Shown here piece by piece: positions 1 to 11,776 of a stretch of 64,000 nucleotides of DNA (within the stretch, counting starts at the first letter, position 1; each line of letters begins with the position of its first letter). The position numbers were made by a program, and so were the translations under genes. The notes beneath the pieces are model-generated. The model was not told the DNA's origin, did not search any database, and saw nothing but the letters and a program-made list of their open reading frames with translations. The DNA is from Minisyncoccota bacterium (GTDB taxonomy: Bacteria; Patescibacteriota; Minisyncoccia; Phycocordibacterales; CAIZLB01): contig JAGOSK010000002.1 in NCBI GenBank assembly GCA_018062305.1, forward strand, positions 5,495 to 69,494, written 5' to 3'.

Positions 1-948
1 AAAGCCCCTACGTATTCTCGAGCTTCAGGTATCTGTCCTGCGAGTACAACATGCTCAGAACCCAGGTGAGAAAGATTTTTTATAGTCGATTCTAACTCTG
101 CTCGCAATTCACCCTCACCAATAATTACATATGCTATTTTTTGAGTAGGGTATTGTTCTACATATGAATTGAGACCTTCGAGTGCAAAAGTGATGCCTTT
201 ATTTTTATGTAACTCCGAAATAGTCCCTATAATAAGCCTTTTTTCAGCTATCCAGGCTTCTGCTTTTTGTTCACCTACAAGTCTTGCTAGTGCAGTTTTT
301 TTATCAAATATATTAAACGTACTTACTCCATTTGGAATAATAACAAACTTTTTCTGCACAAAAGGCCAACCTCGCACATCATTTCGTTCAGTATCTCCAA
401 GTACTATAGTCGTCCCTCCAAGAAAAACAGTGAGCCAAGAAAAGATTCTAATGAGGATTTGTTGCCATTCAGGACGAGGTTCATTGAACGGCCATCCATG
501 ATTTGTGTATATTATTTTTCCACCCTTAGTGCGATTGATGATATATGCCATCCGTGCGGCGATAGCTCCGAGACCGCCAATTTTTGGACTATTGAGATGT
601 ACTATTGTTGGTTTGTATTTGCGGATAATTGAAAAAATTCTCCAGAGAACTTGTACTTCTTTTGTGATACTAATATCGCGTTGCGCACCAGTGATACTAA
701 AGACCTCCACGCCTTCTTCCTCAAGTTTGGTTTTGAGTGATCCATTTCCACCAAGTGCCACTGCTACAGTGTGCCCATCTTTTCTAAACCGAGTGGCTAG
801 TTCGAACACATATCGTTGCGCACCGCCGAAGTTTGATTTTGTAATTATGAATAAAATTTTTGCAGGCCTGTCAACGCATTGAGCGTCTCGTTCTGTGTCT
901 CGTCCAGTTTGAGCTGTGACTTCAGTGTGTGTCGTCTTTTCTTTCATA
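1..948 (-). CDS. Glycosyltransferase family 4 (GT4), partial; C-terminus runs off the left edge of the window
   Basis: Reverse-strand translation from ATG (complement of 946..948) gives MKEK...KILFIITKSNFGGAQRYVFELA...GEGELRAELE, the typical GT4 N-terminal Gly-rich motif followed by a GT-B fold. The gene is absent from the ORF track because it has no in-window stop. Confidence 0.8.
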
Positions 949-974
949 GTAGATATAGTATAGTATCTCACAGT

Positions 975-2357
975 ATGGCTACAACACGCAAAAAACAATT
1001 CATAACTCTTTTACTAGGGGATACTGTGGTATTTATTGCTTCACTTTGGTTGACGCTCGCTATTAGAAACTTGACGCTACCTACGCAAGCGAGCTTTATA
1101 GAGCTGTTTGTACCTTTTACTCTTTTGTTTGCTGTTTGGCTATTAGTATTCTTTATTTCTGGTTTGTATGATGCTCATACGTTACTTATCAAAAGTAAGC
1201 TCCCAAAGCGAATTTTTACTGCACACATCTCAAACCTCGTACTCGCAACTTTATTTTTCTATTTGATTCCATATTTTGGAGTAGCTCCTAAAATCATCCT
1301 ATTTCTATATCTCATTGTCTCTTCAGGTATTATTGCTTCGTGGAGATTTTTCCTCTATCCAAAATTGGTTAAGCAAAGTAGCATTCCTCTTATTATTCTT
1401 GCGGAAGGACCAGACATTGAATATCTTGATCAAAAAATTAAGTCATCAACGAATTCACCGATACAAATTTTAGAAATATTAAAGCCTTCTGAGTTTGAGA
1501 ATGAAAATGGGAGTATGAGTGGAAGTGTGAGTGGAAATGAAAATATAAGCATGGTGGAAAGAATAAGAGGCTTCATTTCTCATAATCCCAATGCTGTTAT
1601 TGCTGTTGATTTGATTAATCCGTATATTCAAAAACATGCGGACAGTTTGTATAGTCTGATTTTTAATAATGTTCAATTTGTTGAGATCCAAAATGTCTAT
1701 GAAGATATTACAGATAAAGTTCCACTCGGACTTATCAATGAAGTTTGGTTTTTGAAACACGCATCTATTGAACCAAATATTATTTATGATTTCCTAAAAC
1801 GAGCTATGGATATAGCCATTTCACTGCCTCTCATTGTTTTGTCACTTGTTGCATATCCATTCGTCTGGCTTGCAATAAAGATGGAAGACAGGGGTGTATT
1901 GTTTTATACACCTGAAAGAATAGGAGAATCAGGACGTCCAATGAAGATATATAAGTTTCGAACTATGAGTATTATGGACTCAGGAAATCAACTCGGACAA
2001 AATGCCAATAAAATAACTCGTCTTGGGAAAATACTTCGAATATCTCGTATTGATGAGCTTCCACAGCTTTGGAATATTTTAAATGGTGATATGTCACTTA
2101 TTGGTCCACGTCCTGAATTTCCATCGCTAGTGGATTTGTATAAAAAAGAAATTCCTCATTACAATGTTCGACATCTCATCAAACCAGGTCTTTCAGGTTG
2201 GGCACAGATTCACCATGAGAAACCACCTCATTCAGTTGAGGAGACCAAAGAAAAACTTGCGTACGATTTGTACTATATAAAGCATCGATCACTCTGGCTT
2301 GATCTAAAGATTGCACTACAGACGATAAAGACACTACTTTCGAGGGTGGGGGCTTAG
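975..2357 (+). CDS. Polyprenyl-phosphate sugar phosphotransferase (WbaP/bacterial sugar transferase family), initiating enzyme of glycan assembly
   Basis: N-terminal multi-TM region (MATTRKKQFITLLLGDTVVFIASLWLTL...). The C-terminal Bac_transf-type motifs are ISLPLIVLSLVAYP, PMKIYKFRTM, RIDELPQLWNILNGDMSLIGPRPE and KPGLSGWAQI. ATG at 975 is preferred over the upstream TTG at 879. Confidence 0.85.
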   Translation: MATTRKKQFITLLLGDTVVFIASLWLTLAIRNLTLPTQASFIELFVPFTLLFAVWLLVFFISGLYDAHTLLIKSKLPKRIFTAHISNLVLATLFFYLIPYFGVAPKIILFLYLIVSSGIIASWRFFLYPKLVKQSSIPLIILAEGPDIEYLDQKIKSSTNSPIQILEILKPSEFENENGSMSGSVSGNENISMVERIRGFISHNPNAVIAVDLINPYIQKHADSLYSLIFNNVQFVEIQNVYEDITDKVPLGLINEVWFLKHASIEPNIIYDFLKRAMDIAISLPLIVLSLVAYPFVWLAIKMEDRGVLFYTPERIGESGRPMKIYKFRTMSIMDSGNQLGQNANKITRLGKILRISRIDELPQLWNILNGDMSLIGPRPEFPSLVDLYKKEIPHYNVRHLIKPGLSGWAQIHHEKPPHSVEETKEKLAYDLYYIKHRSLWLDLKIALQTIKTLLSRVGA

Positions 2358-2509
2358 GTATTTCTCAACAATTTTGTCCATAAAACTCGTGAGGCTACTA
2401 GTTGCTCTAGGGGTAATTCTCTGTATAATTGACCCATATTTATCAATAAGCCTAACGTCGCACACTGTCGTCATACACAGTGAGACGCTAGGTAATAATT
2501 CAGATTGTA

Positions 2510-3850
2510 ATGTTAAAGAAACGAATCTCTGCAATAGCACTTCTTGTCATCGGCGTAGCCCTTGGTTTTTTTGTGCACTATTCGCAGCTACCAGGAAACG
2601 GTTTTATATCAAAGTTCCCATTCAAGCTTGGTCTCGACCTTAGTGGTGGTACTCATCTTGTGTATCAAGCAGACACTTCAAAAATCCCAGCAAACGATGT
2701 CACTGGTGCTATGGAAAGTCTCAAGATGGTTATTGAATCAAGAATCAACGCCTTCGGTGTCGCGGAGCCAATTATTCAAACTGAGAAAGGTACTGCCGGT
2801 GGAGTACAAATTCAGAAGCTCATTGTGGAACTTCCAGGTATCACTGATGTAAATAAAGCAGTTGAGCTCATTGGAAAAACTCCAGTTCTCGAATTCAAAA
2901 CTGAAAAAGCTGTGAGTTCAGCCGCGGCGGCAGCAAATGCCAATGCATCTACAAGCTCAGCGTACGCCGTAGAGTACGAAACATCTCCACTCACTGGACG
3001 ATTCCTCGAATCTGCTCGAGTAGAGTTTGATCCAAATACAAGACAGCCATTGGTTGCGCTTTCATTCAATGAAGAAGGAAAAAAACTCTTCGGACAACTT
3101 ACAACTGCAAATATTGGAAAAACTATTGCAATCTTCCTCGATGGACGAGCTATTTCTACTCCAGTAGTTCAAACTGCTATCACTGATGGCAAGGCTGTCA
3201 TCTCAGGACGATTTACTCCTACAGAAGCTCGAGACCTTGCTCGTGATCTCAAGTATGGTGCACTCCCTGTGCCTATTGAACTCATCGGTACACAGTCTAT
3301 CGGTGCTTCACTTGGAGTTGATGCTCTTCACGCAAGTGTTGCTGCTGGTATTTGGGGACTTATTATAATCAGTATTTTCTTGCTCTTCTGGTACAGACTT
3401 CCTGGTGTACTAGCGATTATTTCACTCGCACTCTATACAGTTATTACACTTACATTGTTCAAATTATTTGGTATCGTATTGACATCAGCCGGACTCGCAG
3501 GACTCATTATCTCTCTGGGTATGGCAGTGGATGGAAACATTCTCATCTTTGAAAGAATGAAAGAAGAGTTTGCACGAGGTCTTTCAGTAGAAGATGGAAT
3601 CAAAGAAGGTTTTGCTAGAGCATGGCTTTCTATTCGAGATAGTAATACTTCAAGTATTATCACAGGTCTCATCCTCTTTTTCACAGCAACGTCTCCACTC
3701 ATCAAAGGTTTCGCACTTGTATTTATTCTTGGTGTAATTGTATCAATGTTTACAGCTATCACAGTTTCTCGAACATTGCTTATGGCGCTCGGTGTAAAGA
3801 AGTATGAGGGTATGTCCAAATTTTTATTTGGTAATGGTCTACGGAAGTAG
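2510..3850 (+). CDS. secD: Protein translocase subunit SecD
   Basis: 446 aa. The N-terminal TM helix, the LGLDLSGGTHLVY motif, a periplasmic domain and the C-terminal 6-TM SecD/SecF region are all present. Confidence 0.9.
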   Translation: MLKKRISAIALLVIGVALGFFVHYSQLPGNGFISKFPFKLGLDLSGGTHLVYQADTSKIPANDVTGAMESLKMVIESRINAFGVAEPIIQTEKGTAGGVQIQKLIVELPGITDVNKAVELIGKTPVLEFKTEKAVSSAAAAANANASTSSAYAVEYETSPLTGRFLESARVEFDPNTRQPLVALSFNEEGKKLFGQLTTANIGKTIAIFLDGRAISTPVVQTAITDGKAVISGRFTPTEARDLARDLKYGALPVPIELIGTQSIGASLGVDALHASVAAGIWGLIIISIFLLFWYRLPGVLAIISLALYTVITLTLFKLFGIVLTSAGLAGLIISLGMAVDGNILIFERMKEEFARGLSVEDGIKEGFARAWLSIRDSNTSSIITGLILFFTATSPLIKGFALVFILGVIVSMFTAITVSRTLLMALGVKKYEGMSKFLFGNGLRK

Positions 3851-3909
3851 CCTAGTGTGTAACATTATTCATAAAACTAGATTTATAAAAAAATTATAAA
3901 AATAAAAAC

Positions 3910-4851
3910 ATGTACATCGTAAAACACAGAAAAATATTCTACATACTCTCAGTTATCCTCATCGGATTCGCAGTATTTTCAGTTTCAAAATACGGGTTGA
4001 ATCTCGGTATCGACTTCAAAGGGGGAACAATCGTAGAGGTTAGATATGCAGAGATGGCTGGTAAGACTGCTACAAGTTCAACTTCCGCGACAACGGCGAC
4101 CATTACAACAGATACTGTAAAAAAATCACTCGAATCTCTTAATCTCGGTGAATATGTAGTTCGACAAGCAGGAACAGATGGCTTTATTATTCGAACAAAA
4201 GCGCTTAGTGAAATCGAACGACGGCAGGTAGTGGAAACTCTCGGTGGGGAAGTAAAACGATTTGACTCAGTCGGTCCAGTACTTGGAAAAGAACTCCAAG
4301 GTAAGGCTATCTGGTCAATTATCCTCGTGGTACTCGCAATCATTATCTTCATTACATATGCATTCCGTGGTGTTTCAAAACCAATTTCTTCATGGAAATA
4401 TGGTGTTGTAGCAATCGTTGCACTATTCCACGATGTGATAGTACCTATAGGAATCTTCTCATTTTTAGGACGATCTGGTGGATATGAAATAGATGCACTC
4501 TTTGTCACCGCACTTTTGGTAATTCTTGGATTTTCAATTCACGATACTATTGTAGTGTTTGACCGAACTCGTGAGAACCTCAAAAACTTTGCTTTCGGAA
4601 CATCTTCAAATAAAAAGTCATTTGAAGACATCGTAGGTCTCAGTGTCTCTCAGACAATTGCTCGATCTATTAACACTTCACTTACCACAATACTTGCCCT
4701 CGTCGCATTGTATGCATTTGGTCCAAAGACAACAGAACACTTCGCACTTGCACTCATACTCGGTATTGCAGTTGGAACATATTCATCAATCTTCATCGGC
4801 TCACCGTTGCTAGTCACATGGCAGAAATGGCAGGAGAAAAAGCGACCATAG
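3910..4851 (+). CDS. secF: Protein translocase subunit SecF
   Basis: 313 aa with GIDFKGGT and VGPVLGKEL motifs, followed by the C-terminal SecF TM bundle. It lies immediately downstream of secD. Confidence 0.9.
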   Translation: MYIVKHRKIFYILSVILIGFAVFSVSKYGLNLGIDFKGGTIVEVRYAEMAGKTATSSTSATTATITTDTVKKSLESLNLGEYVVRQAGTDGFIIRTKALSEIERRQVVETLGGEVKRFDSVGPVLGKELQGKAIWSIILVVLAIIIFITYAFRGVSKPISSWKYGVVAIVALFHDVIVPIGIFSFLGRSGGYEIDALFVTALLVILGFSIHDTIVVFDRTRENLKNFAFGTSSNKKSFEDIVGLSVSQTIARSINTSLTTILALVALYAFGPKTTEHFALALILGIAVGTYSSIFIGSPLLVTWQKWQEKKRP

Positions 4852-4866
4852 TCGCTTTTTCGGGAG
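4836..4866 (+). terminator. Rho-independent terminator after secF
   Basis: aaaaagcgac-cata-gtcgcttttt: a 10-bp perfect stem with a 4-nt loop, then a T-run. Confidence 0.6.
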
Positions 4867-5130
4867 TGCCAGACATGGTGCAGGATAGTCGCTCATAAAT
4901 AGAAATAACAGGAGTACGGATATTTTCCTGCTAGAAAATTCCTCGTGCTCGTGCCAGTCGCACTCGCAAGTCTCCTGTCATTTTTATTTACTCGCTCCCT
5001 AATAGGAGGCTACAACCTATTTACAATATATCTAAAAAGAGTATCTTTTTCGTAGAGCTCTTTGGAAACAAGGCGCACCTAGCAATCCGTAGCTTATTCG
5101 GTAAACCAATACAATTCAGGAGGAATATAT

Positions 5131-5430
5131 ATGTGTGACATTGTCAGATGTCGTTGTGGAAGAGAACCAGAAAAGGATACGAACACTTGTGGAGCAAAAT
5201 TTTCGCTTTCATGTAAATGCGGAAGAAATCAGGTGGTACTTTTTGCTCGTTCAGACGACCCTCAGAGGGTTTGTGATAATTGGAGATCTCTGGTTCAACA
5301 ATTACCTTATCTTCATGGGCTTCCACGAGATTTATCAGATGTCCCTGATGAACAGGTCTTACTATCTTGGCCAGCACGTTCCGGAATGGAAGATTATTAC
5401 TCTGAGGTTGGTGGTAGTGGGGCTTGCTAA
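5131..5430 (+). CDS. Small Cys-rich protein (putative zinc ribbon, 99 aa), hypothetical
   Basis: Three ORFs overlap here in three frames. This frame has the AT-rich third-codon positions typical of the window and two CxCG pairs (CRCG...CKCG). It is preceded by AGGAGG at 5120..5125. Function unknown. Confidence 0.35.
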   Translation: MCDIVRCRCGREPEKDTNTCGAKFSLSCKCGRNQVVLFARSDDPQRVCDNWRSLVQQLPYLHGLPRDLSDVPDEQVLLSWPARSGMEDYYSEVGGSGAC

Positions 5431-5485
5431 AAAAATCCACCATCAAGCACAGTTAATCCCTGTCGCATGATGGTGGATTTTCTGT

Positions 5486-6142
5486 TTACTCCTTCCTCGT
5501 CACCACCACCGAATATGTCTTATCACGCAAAATCACTTCAGAATTTCCAAATAGGGTATTGAAATTTTTTCGGGCCATTATCTCGAGTTGTTTAATAACA
5601 ACTACGACAAAATATCCGTCAGTTTCGAGATGATCAAAGGCTTCGCCAAATAATATCCAGAAGAATTCTTTACTCACTTTTGCTGGTAGATTTGAAACAA
5701 TCAGGCCATATTTTTTATCCGTAGGAACATGTGAAAATCCATTTGATAAATAGGCGCTTACATTTTCTGTACCATTTTCGAGTGCGTTCTTTTTAGAGTA
5801 ATCTACTGCCACAAAATCTTTATCTATAAGATCTACAGAAGTAGTAGGGAATGCTTTAGCGATGGCGATTCCGATAGGTCCATATCCACATCCGATGTCT
5901 AGAACATTAACTGTTTCGTCCTCACTAGCGTTCGAAACTGCACATGAATTTTTGTTCCCATCGGTGAGGATTTGTATTATTTTTTCATCCTCCGAAATCG
6001 CCTTTAAAAGAAGCTTTGTACCTACATCTATTTCCTCAGGACAGAACAATCCCCAGGTTGTCTTAAAAGTAAGGGATTTATCCAGCAGAAATGCCTTAAT
6101 TTGCATGTCTTTTTTAAGGTCTTCGAGAGGGATTTTAGGCAT
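5486..6142 (-). CDS. Class I SAM-dependent methyltransferase, RsmC/RlmG-like small MTase domain (possible rRNA guanine-N2 methyltransferase)
   Basis: Motif I is VLDIGCGYGPIGIAIAK. The downstream IVSNLPAKV resembles the NPPF-type motif IV. The gene is divergent from and adjacent to the 16S rRNA gene. Confidence 0.6.
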   Translation of the reverse strand: MPKIPLEDLKKDMQIKAFLLDKSLTFKTTWGLFCPEEIDVGTKLLLKAISEDEKIIQILTDGNKNSCAVSNASEDETVNVLDIGCGYGPIGIAIAKAFPTTSVDLIDKDFVAVDYSKKNALENGTENVSAYLSNGFSHVPTDKKYGLIVSNLPAKVSKEFFWILFGEAFDHLETDGYFVVVVIKQLEIMARKNFNTLFGNSEVILRDKTYSVVVTRKE

Positions 6143-6211
6143 ATTTTAAGGCTTTTTATGGGTTTTCTTGTATACGTTGTAATAAAGTCATGATACAGGT
6201 ATCTGCCTTAT

Positions 6212-6239
6212 TTGACAAAGGTTCTCATGTGCGTATAAT
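6212..6239 (+). promoter_or_regulatory. Consensus sigma70-type promoter, candidate 16S rRNA promoter
   Basis: TTGACA (6212..6217), a 16-nt spacer, then TATAAT (6234..6239), roughly 290 nt upstream of the 16S 5' end. Confidence 0.55.
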
Positions 6240-6521
6240 GCTAATCACGCCTTGTAGAAAGGGCGTTTTTAGATAAGTTGTCTGGTCGAATCGATACTGA
6301 CGTTAACTGACAGAAGTATCGACCAAGTGGTTCGTTCCACCCTCCAATCAACCAATGTCATCATGCATCGGAAAACTGCAAAGTTACCATTTGAAAATAG
6401 AATAAGTTACAGCATCATATTCTTTTGTCATCTAGTGTGTTAAGAAGATAAAGTTTACTTTATTTTCGTGACACACGACGATGAAATACAAAGATAAAAT
6501 CTTTGTTTATTAATTTGAGTT

Positions 6522-8545
<2,024 letters not shown>

Positions 8546-8776
8546 AATTCATATTATACATACCTTACGGTTGTCACTAATATACTTGTCGATCGTTCGA
8601 GTCCTGCATATGCGGATTTGAACAAAAGTTCATGACTTTCGAAACATGGAGACTAAGCGTCTTAAAAGCTTTGACAGTGGAGAAAGATCCATACTCAATG
8701 AAAGAATAGTGCGGAGATAGAGTATATCTCGTAAGCTTTAGATGTTGTAACTTATTCTGGTTTTAAATACCGAAAA

Positions 8777-8815
8777 ATCCACGCTGTGTAATAACAGGGT
8801 GGATTTTTCTTTGCT
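8777..8815 (+). terminator. Rho-independent terminator downstream of the 16S gene
   Basis: ATCCACGCTG-tgtaataa-CAGGGTGGAT: a 10-bp stem with one mismatch, followed by TTTTTCTTT. Confidence 0.55.
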
Positions 8816-8845
8816 TAATTTACTATTGGACCTATAATTATAGTC

Positions 8846-9940
8846 ATGTTTGAATCTCCGATAATTAATGATACAGTTTCCGAAGACATTACTGTTGGAG
8901 AATTAAAACCTGAATCTAGAGAGATCGAAGAACCTCTACAGGTGGCTAGAAGGATTAATAATTACACCAAAGAAGATCTTCTTAAATTTTCTAATGAGCA
9001 ATTGTTTGAAAGCTTGAACTCTTTAAGGTGGTCATCAGATGAGCTTGTGCCTGAAGAAATTCTCGATGCAGAAGCTCGTATTTATTCTGTGTATGAACCA
9101 AGTGTCGCCTTACAACTTCGGCATAAACAGGTGAACACTGAAGTAGTAGATTCCTACAATCCAAAAGATCTGTTGTCATTAAAGGAAAAATGGAAAACTG
9201 AAGTCGAAACAGATAAAAAAATTGCGTTCATAAAGAGTTACGTCGAAAAGTTAGCAGAACAATATGGATTAAATCAGAGCATTGATATTGTTGTTTATGA
9301 TGAACCTTTTGATAGTGAGGGGGCAATGTGGCTGGCTTCACATGAATCAGATAGAATTGGTGTCTTAATATTGTATAAAACTGTAATTGAAAAAAGTAAT
9401 CTTAATACAATTTTGAGTGATATTTCACACGAAATGGCACATGCTTTTCAAGAATCCATCAGAAAAGGGATTGTCCCAGATATTGATAACTTTAAAAATG
9501 ATCAAGAGTGGTTCAATGTCTATGCTTCGAGATATGATCAAGGTAAATCAAAATACCTAGATGCCTTTAAGTCTTCTCGTGCTAGATACTTAGCCATACC
9601 GATTGAGCGAGATGCATGGGCTATGCAACTTACGGCGTACAATGAGATTGATAGAGCTTCAGATCAATATGCAGATGAGGTACTAGCACAAGCAGGTCTT
9701 GATACTTATTCTAATATAAAAAAGCAATCAGTTTTGGCTAAGTGGATTCGACGGAACTTAAAAGAGGATACTGACCCAGACTCTTTAGTTGAACTTGCAA
9801 GGAGGTCTACTTTTTCAAGTTTTGTTGAGCAGGTTGAATCTTTTGTTTCAGGAAAGAATATGAATCAAATTATACCCGCTATAGAAACAATAGAGGAAAA
9901 GAGGCAAAAGGCTGATGAATTATTGGGTCTGGCAGCTTAG
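8846..9940 (+). CDS. Hypothetical protein with a zincin-like HEXXH motif (HEMAH at 9428..9442)
   Basis: 364-aa ORF with AT-rich codon usage. ISHEMAHAFQE is the only recognisable motif. No homing-endonuclease motifs are present. Confidence 0.6.
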   Translation: MFESPIINDTVSEDITVGELKPESREIEEPLQVARRINNYTKEDLLKFSNEQLFESLNSLRWSSDELVPEEILDAEARIYSVYEPSVALQLRHKQVNTEVVDSYNPKDLLSLKEKWKTEVETDKKIAFIKSYVEKLAEQYGLNQSIDIVVYDEPFDSEGAMWLASHESDRIGVLILYKTVIEKSNLNTILSDISHEMAHAFQESIRKGIVPDIDNFKNDQEWFNVYASRYDQGKSKYLDAFKSSRARYLAIPIERDAWAMQLTAYNEIDRASDQYADEVLAQAGLDTYSNIKKQSVLAKWIRRNLKEDTDPDSLVELARRSTFSSFVEQVESFVSGKNMNQIIPAIETIEEKRQKADELLGLAA

Positions 9941-10079
9941 AAAGTATCTAGTTTTCCTTGAGTGCTTATTTCAGTATGTCATAATGTACCTTGTTTTTGG
10001 GTCATTTTTTTGATATGGTAATGGTCACGTCGTGGCTGGAATGCGAGTTTAAATGGCTCGCTTGTCGGAACGTAAATAT

Positions 10080-10152
10080 GCGCTTGTAGCTCAGTTGGTA
10101 GAGCACATCACTGATACTGATGGGGTCCCAGGTTCGAATCCTGGCAGGCGCA
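10080..10152 (+). tRNA. tRNA-Ile (anticodon GAT)
   Basis: Cloverleaf by hand: acceptor GCGCTTG/CAGGCGC, D-arm TAGCTCAGTTGGTAGAGCA, anticodon stem CATCA/TGATG with loop CTGATAC, T-arm CCAGGTTCGAATCCTGG, discriminator A. CCA is not encoded. Confidence 0.9.
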
Positions 10153-10158
10153 CACGAC

Positions 10159-10188
10159 AAAAAAGACCGGACTGCTCCGGTCTTTTTT
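10159..10188 (+). terminator. Rho-independent terminator after tRNA-Ile
   Basis: GACCGGA-ctgc-TCCGGTC followed by TTTTTT. Confidence 0.7.
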
Positions 10189-10274
10189 CGTACGTGGGCG
10201 AGTCGGGGTCGAAGGTTCCGAGTTACAACGAGGAAACCTGTGACCACTAGTCTAAGTTATGCTATGCTCGATAT

Positions 10275-11045
10275 ATGGAAACCTTCATCAAAGACACTGT
10301 ATTTCAAGCTGGCGACATTATCCTCAGCTTTTTTGGAAAAGCCGAATCTCTTTACGCCAAAGAGTTGGTAACTGACATCGTAACAGAGGCAGACCTCGCT
10401 TCAAACAAATTTATTTGTGAAGCGATAAAGAAAAGTTATCCAGACCACGGAATCGTATCTGAAGAAGGAGAAGGGTATCAACTTGATTCAGATAATGTTT
10501 GGTATATTGACCCGCTTGATGGCACAAAAAACTTTGCATCGCACACTCCACTTTTTGGTATAAACATAGCGCTCATGTGTAAGGGAGAAATAATATACGC
10601 AGCTATTTATCTCCCTATTGTTAAAGAATTTCTATACGCAGAAAAAGGAAAAGGTGCTTTCCTGAACGGAGTAAAAACAATATGCTCGCAAAAGGAGGAT
10701 TGGAAGGGGAGTTTCGGTCTAGGAACTATAACCTTTAAGCCGGCCTATGAGAATTTTCAAAAAGGCATGAGCGAACTTTCAGGAGGTACCGGTTGGACAA
10801 ATGCAGTGGCTAGTTCTGCTGTGTCAGGAATGTGGGTTTCGACAGGCAGAAGAGATTGGTATATAGGTCCAAGTAAAAATGCATGGGACTATGCAGCGAC
10901 ATCGCTTATAGCGCAAGAGACAGGTTGTATGGTCTCGAACTTTGAAGGAGCACCATACAAACCGGGCGATAAGGGTCTAGTGGTTGCGAACAAGTTCTTA
11001 TTTCCGGAACTCGTAGAGTTAGTAAAGAAAAGTTATTCTAATTAA
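10275..11045 (+). CDS. Inositol monophosphatase family protein (SuhB/IMPase-like)
   Basis: WYIDPLDGTKNF matches the canonical IMPase WxDPxDGT motif. The rest of the 256-aa protein matches the family layout. Confidence 0.85.
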   Translation: METFIKDTVFQAGDIILSFFGKAESLYAKELVTDIVTEADLASNKFICEAIKKSYPDHGIVSEEGEGYQLDSDNVWYIDPLDGTKNFASHTPLFGINIALMCKGEIIYAAIYLPIVKEFLYAEKGKGAFLNGVKTICSQKEDWKGSFGLGTITFKPAYENFQKGMSELSGGTGWTNAVASSAVSGMWVSTGRRDWYIGPSKNAWDYAATSLIAQETGCMVSNFEGAPYKPGDKGLVVANKFLFPELVELVKKSYSN

Positions 11046-11057
11046 TAAACGTAATTT

Positions 11058-11465
11058 ATGAACATCCTATTTTTATGCAGAGGAAATGTCGGTAGAAGTC
11101 AGATGGCTGAAGGTTTACTGAAAAAACACAATCCTAATCTAAATGTGTCTTCTGCGGGGACAAAGCTAAGTGGCCCAGAACAAAAGCTTATTGATTTAAT
11201 GCCGGCTATAAGTGAAGTGTTGCAGGTTATGAAAGAAGTCGATATAGATGTTTCAGACAATATTAGAAAACAAGTAACAGAAGAGATGGTGGACAAGGCT
11301 GACAGGATAATTATGGTAATAGATGAACGAGATCCAGTACCAGAATATTTAATCAATAACCCAAAAGTAATCACTTGGAATGTTCTTGACCCAAAAGGGC
11401 AGTCGCTCGAATTTACTCGAAACACTAGAAAGCAGATTGATGCTTTGATTAAATCTCTATTCTAA
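11058..11465 (+). CDS. Low-molecular-weight phosphotyrosine phosphatase / ArsC-type arsenate reductase family protein
   Basis: LFLCRGNVGRSQMAEG gives the CX5R(S) P-loop of the LMW-PTP fold, in a 135-aa protein. Confidence 0.8.
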   Translation: MNILFLCRGNVGRSQMAEGLLKKHNPNLNVSSAGTKLSGPEQKLIDLMPAISEVLQVMKEVDIDVSDNIRKQVTEEMVDKADRIIMVIDERDPVPEYLINNPKVITWNVLDPKGQSLEFTRNTRKQIDALIKSLF

Positions 11466-11476
11466 ATTTTATTTAG

Positions 11477-11737
11477 TTACTCATACAATTCACTGTGTGA
11501 TCCGATTGCTATAAAGTGTGCAACTGATCCATCTGTATCTTTGTAGACTGCCCGAATATCTCCACTAATATTAATACTTCTATAGTCGGACCATTCACCT
11601 TTAAGTTGGTGATTATTAAGTGAAGTATGAAATGGTTCGACTATAAATAATTCTAGCCGTGCGATCGTTTTGCTTTTTATTTTTCGCGGTAATTTAGAGA
11701 ATTGTTTCTCAAATGTTTTAGATATGCTATATCTCAT
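11477..11737 (-). CDS. relE: Type II toxin, RelE/ParE family
   Basis: 86 aa. The pattern KLP..IKSK...ELFIVEPF..LNNHQLKGEWSDYRSINISGDIRAVYK...HFIAIGSHSELY fits the RelE/ParE fold consensus. It lies immediately downstream of a RelB-like gene. Confidence 0.75.
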   Translation of the reverse strand: MRYSISKTFEKQFSKLPRKIKSKTIARLELFIVEPFHTSLNNHQLKGEWSDYRSINISGDIRAVYKDTDGSVAHFIAIGSHSELYE

Positions 11738-11776
11738 AGACTTACAGCATTAAAGCATTTCCGGTATAAAATTTCC

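Noticed and set aside
169-882. Plus-strand ORFs 169..501 and 505..882 from the six-frame track
   Set aside because: They are antisense to a clear GT4 glycosyltransferase reading frame on the minus strand (KILFIITKSNFGGAQRYVFELA). That gene is missing from the track only because it lacks an in-window stop.
5135-5470. Alternative ORFs 5135..5470 (+) and 5144..5446 (-), which overlap the Cys-rich ORF
   Set aside because: Third-codon positions are GC-richer than in confident genes of the window. Only one of three fully overlapping frames can plausibly be coding, and all remain low confidence.
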